From Candidatus Deferrimicrobiaceae bacterium (GTDB lineage Bacteria; Desulfobacterota; Deferrimicrobia; Deferrimicrobiales; Deferrimicrobiaceae), in the NCBI GenBank assembly GCA_963792415.1, contig CAWBVY010000006.1:32001-96000 (forward strand): a DNA stretch of 64,000 nucleotides, in the 5' to 3' direction. Positions within the stretch are counted from its first letter, which is position 1; every line of letters begins with the position of its first letter. The position numbers and the translations under genes were made by a program. The notes beneath the pieces are model-generated. The model saw only the letters and a program-made list of their open reading frames with translations. It did not search any database and was not told the origin of the DNA. Below are positions 25,260 to 32,609 of the stretch, one piece after another.

Positions 25260-25275
25260 TGCCTTCGCGAAAGGC

Positions 25276-25629
25276 GTGACCGCGACCCAGATACCGGACA
25301 AGTTTCACTTCAAGATCGGCGAGGTCAGTCGAATCTTGGGAGTGAAGCCTTACGTTCTGCGATTCTGGGAAACCGAGTTCCACATCGTTCCCGCGAAGAA
25401 TCGATCCCAGCACCGCGTATACAAGCGACAGGAAGTCGAGACGCTCCTGGAGATCAGGCGCCTCCTCTACGAAGAGCGGTTCACCATCGAGGGCGCCCGG
25501 GCGAAGTTGAAGGAGCAGGCGAAGGAGCGGCAGAAGCAGCTGAAGCTCAACCTCGCCGAAAACCCGACCCGGGCGACGCTGCGGCAGGTCAGAAAAGACC
25601 TCGCGAGAATCAAGGCGATACTTACATAG
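25276..25629 (+). CDS. MerR-family regulator (conserved ihfA neighbour)
   Basis: IPDKFHFKIGEV..VLRFWETEF, FTIEGAR. Confidence 0.9.
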   Translation: MTATQIPDKFHFKIGEVSRILGVKPYVLRFWETEFHIVPAKNRSQHRVYKRQEVETLLEIRRLLYEERFTIEGARAKLKEQAKERQKQLKLNLAENPTRATLRQVRKDLARIKAILT

Positions 25630-25641
25630 ATAAACGTCAAG

Positions 25642-25669
25642 TGGCTGCAATATAAGAATATTGCAGCCA
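25642..25669. repeat. Perfect 12-bp inverted repeat (operator or hairpin)
   Basis: TGGCTGCAATAT-AAGA-ATATTGCAGCCA. Confidence 0.7.
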
Positions 25670-25701
25670 GCAATCCATTCGTTACGGAGACCCGATCGGC
25701 A

Positions 25702-26079
25702 ATGGAGCGAGGCGACCGTCCCTGGGGATATTACCTGGTCCTGCACGAGGATGCCGGGTACAAGGTGAAGCAGTTCGTCGTGAAGCCGGGGAGTCGCCTG
25801 AGCCTGCAACGGCATCGGCGCCGGGCGGAACATTGGCAGGTGGTTCGCGGCGAGGCGGTCGTGACGCGCGGCAAGGAGATTCTCCGGCTGCTTCCGGGAG
25901 GCTCGGTCGACATCCCCCTGGGCGCCGTCCATCGCGTCGAGAGCGTCGGGAAGGAAAACCTCGTCGTCATCGAGGTGCAGATGGGGGAGTACACGGGGGA
26001 GGACGACATCGAGCGGTTCGAGGACGACTACGGGCGGGACGTGACGAAATTCGCGTCGACCGCCCCGAAAAGGAAGTGA
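25702..26079 (+). CDS. Stand-alone cupin, phosphomannose isomerase type II C-terminal-like
   Basis: RPWG, LSLQRHRRRAEHW, IEVQMGEYTGEDDIERFEDDYGR. Confidence 0.88.
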   Translation: MERGDRPWGYYLVLHEDAGYKVKQFVVKPGSRLSLQRHRRRAEHWQVVRGEAVVTRGKEILRLLPGGSVDIPLGAVHRVESVGKENLVVIEVQMGEYTGEDDIERFEDDYGRDVTKFASTAPKRK

Positions 26080-26104
26080 CAACGTACCCCTCGTCCTGTA
26101 AAAT
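26076..26104 (+). promoter_or_regulatory. Putative sigma70 promoter for tRNA-Pro
   Basis: GTGACA-N17-TAAAAT 15 nt before the tRNA. Confidence 0.5.
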
Positions 26105-26119
26105 AAATTCCTTACGGAT

Positions 26120-26196
26120 CGGGACGTAGCGCAGCCTGGTAGCGCACTTGCATGGGGTGCAAGGGGTCGCTGGTTCGAGTCCAGTCGTCCCGACCA
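26120..26196 (+). tRNA. tRNA-Pro(GGG)
   Basis: CGGGACGTAGCGCAGCCTGGTAGCGCA, CTTGC-ATGGGGT-GCAAG, GGTTCGAGT, CCA. Confidence 0.95.
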
Positions 26197-26205
26197 GCAA
26201 GCACG

Positions 26206-26240
26206 AGGGGTTACGAGACACGCTCTCGTAGCCCCTTTTT
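26206..26240 (+). terminator. Intrinsic terminator after tRNA-Pro
   Basis: GGGGTTACGAGA-CACGC-TCTCGTAGCCCC followed by TTTTT. Confidence 0.7.
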
Positions 26241-26281
26241 CCTTGAGAAAAAAGGGGGCTCCATTGGGTGACAGCGGGTAC

Positions 26282-27022
26282 GTGATTCTCGTTTCGAACG
26301 ACGACGGCGTCCGCTCCGAGGGGATCGAGGCGCTGGCCGACGCCTTGAAGGAAGTCGGCACCGTGTACGTGGTCGCCCCCGACCGGGAGCGGAGCGCGGC
26401 CAGCCACTCGCTGTCGCTTTCCCACCCGCTGCGGGTGGAGAAGATCTCCCCCCGCGTCTACTCCGTCGACGGCACGCCGACCGACTGCGTCAACCTCGGC
26501 GTGAACGGCATCCTGCGGGGGAAGAAGATCGACCTGGTCGTCTCCGGGATCAACAAGGGGGCGAACCTGGGCGACGACATCACCTACTCCGGCACCGTCT
26601 CCGCGGCGATGGAGGGGACGCTGCTGGGGATCCCCTCGATCGCCGTCTCGCTGGTCACCCGCTCCCGTTTCCGGTTCGAGACGGCCGCGGCGATGGCGGT
26701 GGACGTGGCGCAGAAAGTGCTGAAGCGGGGCCTGCCGGACGACACCCTGCTGAACGTCAACGTGCCCAACGGCGCGCGCGAGGAGATTCAGGGCGTGCGG
26801 GTCACGCGGATGGGGAAGCGGGTCTACGGCGACATGATCGTGGAGAAGCGGGACCCCAGGGGAAGGAAGTATTACTGGATCGGCGGCGACCACCTGAACA
26901 GCGAGGATGTCCCCGGCTCCGACCTCGAGGCGATCGAGGACGGGTACATCTCGGTGACCCCGATCCACCTGGACCTGACGAACTACGCGGCCCTCCGGGC
27001 GTTGCGGAAATGGACCTGGTGA
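26282..27022 (+). CDS. surE: 5'/3'-nucleotidase SurE
   Basis: ILVSNDDG, GTPTDCV, SGINKGANLG, YSGTVSAA; start approximate. Confidence 0.95.
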   Translation: MILVSNDDGVRSEGIEALADALKEVGTVYVVAPDRERSAASHSLSLSHPLRVEKISPRVYSVDGTPTDCVNLGVNGILRGKKIDLVVSGINKGANLGDDITYSGTVSAAMEGTLLGIPSIAVSLVTRSRFRFETAAAMAVDVAQKVLKRGLPDDTLLNVNVPNGAREEIQGVRVTRMGKRVYGDMIVEKRDPRGRKYYWIGGDHLNSEDVPGSDLEAIEDGYISVTPIHLDLTNYAALRALRKWTW

Positions 27023-27660
27023 GGGAAACCGTCCTCCGCCTCCGGATGGTGGAGGAACAGATCCGCCGTCGGGGAATTCGCGACGTGCGCGTCCTTTCCG
27101 CGATGGAGGAGGTGCCGCGTCACCTCTTCGTCCCGAAGGAAATCCGTCACCGCGCGTACGGCGACGAACCGCTCCCGATCGGGGAGGGGCAGACGATCTC
27201 CCAGCCGTACATCGTCGCCGAGATGACGGCCGCGCTGCGGCTGTCGGGCACGGAGAAGGTCCTGGAGATCGGCACGGGCTCGGGGTACCAGACGGCGATC
27301 CTTTCGCGCCTCTGCCGCGAAGTGGTGACGATCGAGCGGATCGCGTCCCTCTCCGCCGACGCGCAGAGACGCCTCGCGACGATGGAGATCCAAAACGTGA
27401 CGTTCGTCGTCGGGGACGGGTCGCTCGGGTCCCCCGGCCACGCGCCGTTCGACCGCATCCTCTCCGCCGCGGCGTCTCCGTCCGTCCCCGCCCCCTGGGT
27501 CTCCCAGTTGTCGGAGGGCGGCATGATCGTCCTCCCGATGGGGGCCCGGTACGAACAGGACCTGGTCCGCGTCACCCGCACCGAAGGACGCACCGAAAAG
27601 GAATTTCTCGGCGGGTGCCGCTTCGTCCCCCTCGTCGGGGCGCACGGGTTCCCGGGTTGA
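27010..27660 (+). CDS. pcm: Protein-L-isoaspartate O-methyltransferase
   Basis: VPRHLFVP, GQTISQPY, LEIGTGSGYQ, CRFVPLV. Confidence 0.94.
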   Translation: MDLVRETVLRLRMVEEQIRRRGIRDVRVLSAMEEVPRHLFVPKEIRHRAYGDEPLPIGEGQTISQPYIVAEMTAALRLSGTEKVLEIGTGSGYQTAILSRLCREVVTIERIASLSADAQRRLATMEIQNVTFVVGDGSLGSPGHAPFDRILSAAASPSVPAPWVSQLSEGGMIVLPMGARYEQDLVRVTRTEGRTEKEFLGGCRFVPLVGAHGFPG

Positions 27661-28130
27661 CCGGACGGCACTGGATCGGCGCCCTCCTGTTCGCCGCGCT
27701 CCTTGCCGGGTGCGGGTCCGCCGCACGGTACCGCATTCCGGAGGATCGGCTCGACCGGATCCAGCTTCTTTCTCCCGTCGCCGGGAACGTTTCCTCCGGG
27801 TTCGGAAAGCGGTCCGGGGGCATGCACGAGGGGATCGACATCCTCGCGCCTGCCGGGGCGGAGGTCCGCGCCGCATCGCCGGGACTCGCGAAGTACGCGG
27901 GGAACGGGATGCGCGGGTACGGGAACGCCGTCATCCTCGACCATGGGCACGGGATCACGACGCTGTACGGACATCTGGCGACGATTCGTGTACAATCCGG
28001 CGAAACCGTAACGGCAGGGGCCGAAATCGGCACGGTCGGACGGAGCGGGAACGCCACCACCCACCACCTTCACTTCGAGCTGCGCGTCGACGGGGAGGCC
28101 GTGGACCCCGTCCCGTATCTGAATCGATGA
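27657..28130 (+). CDS. M23 metallopeptidase lipoprotein (NlpD-like)
   Basis: Lipobox LAGC; HEGID, YGHL, HLHFE. Confidence 0.88.
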   Translation: MTGRHWIGALLFAALLAGCGSAARYRIPEDRLDRIQLLSPVAGNVSSGFGKRSGGMHEGIDILAPAGAEVRAASPGLAKYAGNGMRGYGNAVILDHGHGITTLYGHLATIRVQSGETVTAGAEIGTVGRSGNATTHHLHFELRVDGEAVDPVPYLNR

Positions 28131-28140
28131 GGGAGTGCAC

Positions 28141-28668
28141 ATGCCGACCAGCGATCTGAAGAAGCGGATCCGCAACATCCCCGACTTCCCGAGGAAGGGG
28201 ATCCAGTTCAAGGACATCACGACGCTCCTGTCCGACCCGGCGTCCTTCCAGCAGGCAATCGACCTGATGGCGCACCGCCACTTCGCGGAGAGGATCGACG
28301 CGGTCGTGGGGATCGAGGCGCGCGGCTTCGTGATGGGGGCCGCGATGGCGTACAAGCTGGGGACGGGCGTCCTGCTCGTGCGGAAGGCGGGGAAGCTGCC
28401 GCACAAGACGGTCGCGGCCTCCTACGACCTCGAGTACGGGAAGGACCGCCTCGAGATCCACGAGGACTCCATCCGTCCCGGGATGAGGGTCATCGTCGCG
28501 GACGACGTGCTGGCAACGGGCGGAACCGTCGCCGCGGTCATCGGGCTGCTGAAAAAGCTCGGGGCCGATGTTGTAGAATGTTGCTTCCTCGCGGAGCTCG
28601 CCGATCTGCGGGGTCGTGATCAACTGAAGGGGCAGAAGATCTTCTCGCTGCTGAAGTTCGACGAATAA
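28141..28668 (+). CDS. apt: Adenine phosphoribosyltransferase
   Basis: [32 protein letters not shown]. Confidence 0.95.
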   Translation: MPTSDLKKRIRNIPDFPRKGIQFKDITTLLSDPASFQQAIDLMAHRHFAERIDAVVGIEARGFVMGAAMAYKLGTGVLLVRKAGKLPHKTVAASYDLEYGKDRLEIHEDSIRPGMRVIVADDVLATGGTVAAVIGLLKKLGADVVECCFLAELADLRGRDQLKGQKIFSLLKFDE

Positions 28669-28687
28669 ACAGGAAGTCGAGGGACGT

Positions 28688-28764
28688 GCCCCCGTAGCTC
28701 AGGTGGATAGAGCAGAGGTTTCCTAAACCTTTGGCCGGGTGTTCGAGTCACCCCGGGGGCGCCA
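28688..28764 (+). tRNA. tRNA-Arg(CCT)
   Basis: GCCCCCGTAGCTCAGGTGGATAGAGCA, GAGGT-TTCCTAA-ACCTT, GTTCGAGT, CCA. Confidence 0.95.
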
Positions 28765-28772
28765 GTAATAAT

Positions 28773-28808
28773 AATGGGTTACGGATTAAACCGTAACCCA
28801 TTTTCTTT
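28773..28808 (+). terminator. Hairpin/terminator after tRNA-Arg
   Basis: AATGGGTTACGG-ATTAAA-CCGTAACCCATT then TTCTTT. Confidence 0.65.
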
Positions 28809-29249
28809 GAACGAAAATTAATTCCCAGCATTATTCCCAGCATGTTTTATATATTTCGATTTTCGTGGTCCTGAGTTTCGCCGATATCGTATACAGGTGA
28901 TCACTTGACTCTCAAGCGTTGACGGCATGTTTCCTTCCCTACTCATAATCCGAAGGTCGTAAGTTTCAATGACCGTCGGGCAACCCACCCCGAAGGCCGT
29001 CCTTTAGACGGAATTGATAAGGTGGTGTTTTTGGATCGGAAAAGCGCCTTTTGATCCGATCCGGTGCATCCAAGACCAGGAGAACGTTGAAGTTACCCCC
29101 GTTTGGTACGGAAACTCGCGGGAAGACCTCGTTCGACGCTTCCGGAATTGACACCCATGGCCGTTCAACGGAGGATAGAGATACGGGCTCCCAATCCCTC
29201 TTCACAGCACGGAACTGGAGTTGCGCTTCGTTTGGGGGGCAGGAAATCT

Positions 29250-30014
29250 ATGTGTCTTGTCGTATTTGCAAATGGTTGCCATCCGAACTATTGGCTGATA
29301 TTCGGGGCCAACCGTGACGAGTTCCGTAATCGGCCTACGGAGCCGGCCCGATACTGGAACGGTGCCCCTCACGTTCTGGCCGGGCGTGACCGACAGGCCG
29401 GAGGAACCTGGATGGGTGTTACGACCACCGGCAAGTTTGCGGCAGTCACAAATTATCGCGACCCTCGTAACAAGATCGTCGATTCTCCTTCGCGAGGAAA
29501 ACTGGTATCGGCGTATCTGCTGAAAAGAAATTTGACGCCGGAAGTTTATCAGTCGACTCTCCTCCGGGAGGGTCGGCAATACAACGGTTTCAATCTGCTG
29601 TTCGGCACCATTGATAAGCTCTATTATTTCACCAACCGGGGAAATTCCTCCGGGCGGATCCCTCCGGGGATCCATGGAATATCCAATCATCTGCTCGATT
29701 CGCGCTGGCCGAAAGTGAATGTCGCCAAGTCTCGTCTCGATGCCATTGTGAAACACGAAATTTTTGATCCGGAAGAGATATTTTCAGCGCTATCGGATCC
29801 TGTCCCGTTTGCTGACAATCTGTTGCCGGATACCGGGGTTGGTCTCGAACGGGAACGGATGCTTTCACCGCTCTTCATCAACGACGAAGAATACGGCACC
29901 CGCTCATCGACGGTTGTGCTGGCTGGCCGTGACGGCAAGGTAACATTCATCGAACGAACATTCGATCACAGTACGGGAACCTCCCCAAATCAACGCTTCG
30001 GCTTCCAACTGTAG
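29250..30014 (+). CDS. NRDE (TANGO2/DUF833) family protein
   Basis: MCL...ANRDEF, GGTWMGV, VTNYRD, GFNL, YGTRSST. Confidence 0.92.
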   Translation: MCLVVFANGCHPNYWLIFGANRDEFRNRPTEPARYWNGAPHVLAGRDRQAGGTWMGVTTTGKFAAVTNYRDPRNKIVDSPSRGKLVSAYLLKRNLTPEVYQSTLLREGRQYNGFNLLFGTIDKLYYFTNRGNSSGRIPPGIHGISNHLLDSRWPKVNVAKSRLDAIVKHEIFDPEEIFSALSDPVPFADNLLPDTGVGLERERMLSPLFINDEEYGTRSSTVVLAGRDGKVTFIERTFDHSTGTSPNQRFGFQL

Positions 30015-30078
30015 TCAAACCCTGTAAGGAGGAGAGGAAGTAACGGTGTCGTGGCATAGCGTATAATTACACCAACCT

Positions 30079-30762
30079 ATGATTCCCATCCGCGACACGA
30101 TCCCATCCAGCCGCCTCCCCGCCGTCACCTACCTGCTGATCGCCGCCAATCTCGGTCTTTTCTTCTACGAGATTTCCCTTGGTGAGAACCTCCCACCGTT
30201 TCTCGAGCGGTACGCGGTGGTTCCCGCCAGGCTCCTCGGCGGCGGGGCCCTTTCCGTCCGGGAGCTGCTCACGCCCGTAACAGCGACGTTTCTCCACGGC
30301 GGGTGGATGCACCTGCTGGGGAACATGCTCTACCTCTACATCTTCGGGGACAACGTGGAGGACATCCTCGGTCACGGCAGGTACCTTCTGTTCTACATCG
30401 CGTGCGGCGCAGCGTCCTTCGCCGTGCAGATCAGCTTCCAGCCCGCCTCCGCGGTGCCAAACCTCGGGGCCTCCGGCGCGATCGCTGGCGTCCTCGGTGC
30501 CTACTTTCTCCTCTTCCCGCGGGCGCGCGTGGTGACGCTCCTGCCGCTGTTCATCTTCTTCACGACGGTCGAGATCCCGGCGGTCGTCTTCCTCGGCCTG
30601 TGGTTTCTGCTGCAGTTCCTGAGCGGCACCGTTTCCCTCGGACGAGCGGCTGCGACGGGCGGCGTCGCTTGGTGGGCGCACGTCGGCGGATTCGTCGCGG
30701 GGGTTGTTTTCCTGAAGGTGTTCTCGATCCGGGGACGGGGAAGGGCGGGCATCTCCGTTTAG
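30079..30762 (+). CDS. Rhomboid-family intramembrane serine protease
   Basis: MIPIRD, FLHGGWMHLLGNM, GASGA, VAWWAHVGGF. Confidence 0.93.
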   Translation: MIPIRDTIPSSRLPAVTYLLIAANLGLFFYEISLGENLPPFLERYAVVPARLLGGGALSVRELLTPVTATFLHGGWMHLLGNMLYLYIFGDNVEDILGHGRYLLFYIACGAASFAVQISFQPASAVPNLGASGAIAGVLGAYFLLFPRARVVTLLPLFIFFTTVEIPAVVFLGLWFLLQFLSGTVSLGRAAATGGVAWWAHVGGFVAGVVFLKVFSIRGRGRAGISV

Positions 30763-30994
30763 CCCTTGACACGTGGGTGTCTACCGGGATTCCGCGTTTC
30801 CGTTCTTCGTCGGTGAGAGGACAGGGAAGCCTCGAACGTCGTCCACTCCCGAAGCCGGCAGGCTGCGGTGGTTAAATTCTAAAGCCCTGGAGCTTAAGCG
30901 TGATGTCGGGCGTCCAATGGGTGCCGATATCGAGCCCGCCCATTCGATTACAAAGGGTTGTTCTCGGCGTTTGTCATCGAAAGGAGAACGAATC

Positions 30995-31240
30995 ATGCCC
31001 AGCACCATTCAACTGCACCGTGTCCTCCGGGCTACTCCCGAGCGGGTCTACCGGGCGTTCCTCGATCCGGAAGCGATGGTCAAATGACTCCCTCCAAACG
31101 GATTTACCGGCAAGATTCACCACATGGACCCCCGCGTTGGCGGCTCGTACAAAATGTCGTTCACGAATTTCACCACGGGCAAGAGCTACTCCTTCGGCAG
31201 GGAGTATCTCGAATTGGTGCCGCACGAACGGATTCGCCAC
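30995..31240 (+). pseudogene. SRPBCC/AHSA1-like pseudogene
   Basis: LHRVLRATPERVYRAFLDP..K*LPPNGFTG: in-frame TGA at 31085 where Trp is expected; similarity appears to stop after ERIRH. Confidence 0.8.
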
Positions 31241-31555
31241 CTTCCCACAGCAGTACACGACACCGGGCGATGCGGCGTTCGTCGAGATCCTGTTTGGTTC
31301 CATGCGGAACGGGTTACCAACCCAGATAATTTTAGACGTTGATAACGTCTGATAGGTCGGATAGCAATAGCTGGAAACTTCAAAGGTATCGAAAAGTCTC
31401 GTCCACAAATTCCTTGAAAATATGAACGCACAGACCGAGGAAAATCATGGGTCGGAAGAGGAGAAATCGGTTGTCCACGAATGAGGTGTTTCTTGGACAC
31501 CAGTTGGCAGGAATAATTGGAGTATCATCTGACAGATACCGGCCATACACTGAGC

Positions 31556-31598
31556 CCTAAACCTTTGGCCGGGTGTTCGAGTCACCCCGGGGGCGCCA
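31556..31598 (+). repeat. Duplicated 3' part of tRNA-Arg (att-like)
   Basis: CCTAAACCTTTGGCCGGGTGTTCGAGTCACCCCGGGGGCGCCA identical to 28722-28764. Confidence 0.95.
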
Positions 31599-31779
31599 TC
31601 TTCTTCACCCGTTCGAGATATCGTTCCACGTCCCGCCGCCGGAAGCGCCACTGGTTTCCGCTCTTGAACCCTTTCAGGTGACCGCGCCGCGCCATGTCGT
31701 TCACGACATCGGGGCTGAGATCGAGAAGGATCGCCAGGTCGCGGGTCTTGAGGATGCTCTGTTTGGCCTCGACGCTCAT
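31582..31779 (-). CDS. Small HTH_17/excisionase-like DNA-binding protein
   Basis: LKTRDLAILLDLSPDVVNDMARRGHLKGFKSGNQWRF; AGGAGG RBS; 65 aa. Confidence 0.8.
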   Translation of the reverse strand: MSVEAKQSILKTRDLAILLDLSPDVVNDMARRGHLKGFKSGNQWRFRRRDVERYLERVKKMAPPG

Positions 31780-31918
31780 TGGCCCCTCCTCGTTGCGGCA
31801 GGACGATTCGGGGTAAAAATAACATAACGTTATATTCATGTAAACAGATTTTTCCTGACGGGAAAACATATATAATCCATGTATTCCAGAAGTTTATCCG
31901 GACACCGGGGATGTGGGC

Positions 31919-32599
31919 ATGAGAGTCCTGCTTTATTCCGCGATCGGCATTCCCATACTGATCGCAGACGCCGTTCTTCTCTGGGTTCTCCCTGCGAGGA
32001 TGGCGGGCATCCTTACGTTGACCCAGGGGCTGATCCTTCTTTTCGGGGCCCTCGCCTACCTGTGCCTGCATTGCCTTCTGCGGAAGCCCGAGCGGATGTA
32101 CCTCTGGGGCCACGAGTTCACGCATCTCCTCGTGGCGAAACTCTTCCTCCGCCACGTCCACGGTTTCCACATCACCTCGCGTTCCGGGGGAAGGGTGGTG
32201 ATCGACCGGACGAACGTGGCGATCGACCTCGCCCCCTACGCGCTGCCGTTCTACAACGTGGTCGCGCTCCTTCCGGCGACTCTGATCGGGGGAGGGGGGC
32301 CTTACGCGAGGAGGATCTATCTTGCCACGGCGGCGTTCCTGTTCTCGATGCACCTCTGCTTTTCCGCGGAAGGGTTCATCGATGGGCAGCCGGACGTTCT
32401 GCGCAGCGGCAGGATCTTCTCCCTGGCCGTCGTCCTGCTCCTGCTGATGCTCTGGGTGCCGATCCTCGCGGCGCCGGGGACCCATGGCGGTTATTCCGGC
32501 CTGCCCGATTTTTACCGGGAGTGGCTCCACGGCGTGACGCAGGCGCTTCTCGTCCTTTCGGAGTTCGTCCGCTCCCTTCTCGGCCGGCGTTTCCTGTAA
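31919..32599 (+). CDS. Membrane protein with HExxH motif (M50-like metallopeptidase)
   Basis: HEFTH after TM helices; LAPY motif; hydrophobic. Confidence 0.65.
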   Translation: MRVLLYSAIGIPILIADAVLLWVLPARMAGILTLTQGLILLFGALAYLCLHCLLRKPERMYLWGHEFTHLLVAKLFLRHVHGFHITSRSGGRVVIDRTNVAIDLAPYALPFYNVVALLPATLIGGGGPYARRIYLATAAFLFSMHLCFSAEGFIDGQPDVLRSGRIFSLAVVLLLLMLWVPILAAPGTHGGYSGLPDFYREWLHGVTQALLVLSEFVRSLLGRRFL

Positions 32600-32609
32600 A
32601 CTGGTCCCC

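Larger units (their letters stand above)
28722..31598. mobile_element. Small integrase-less genomic island relic at tRNA-Arg
   Basis: Identical 43-bp repeat of the tRNA 3' part at 28722-28764 and 31556-31598; lower-GC segments and a pseudogene inside. Confidence 0.8.

Noticed and set aside
31085-31087. TGA recoding (Trp or Sec) in the SRPBCC gene
   Set aside because: TGA is the normal stop in many core genes here and the gene is also 3'-truncated, so it is a pseudogene
31817-31844. XerD-arm-like sequence (AAATAACATAA) between the divergent genes
   Set aside because: No credible XerC arm; better explained as an AT-rich divergent promoter region
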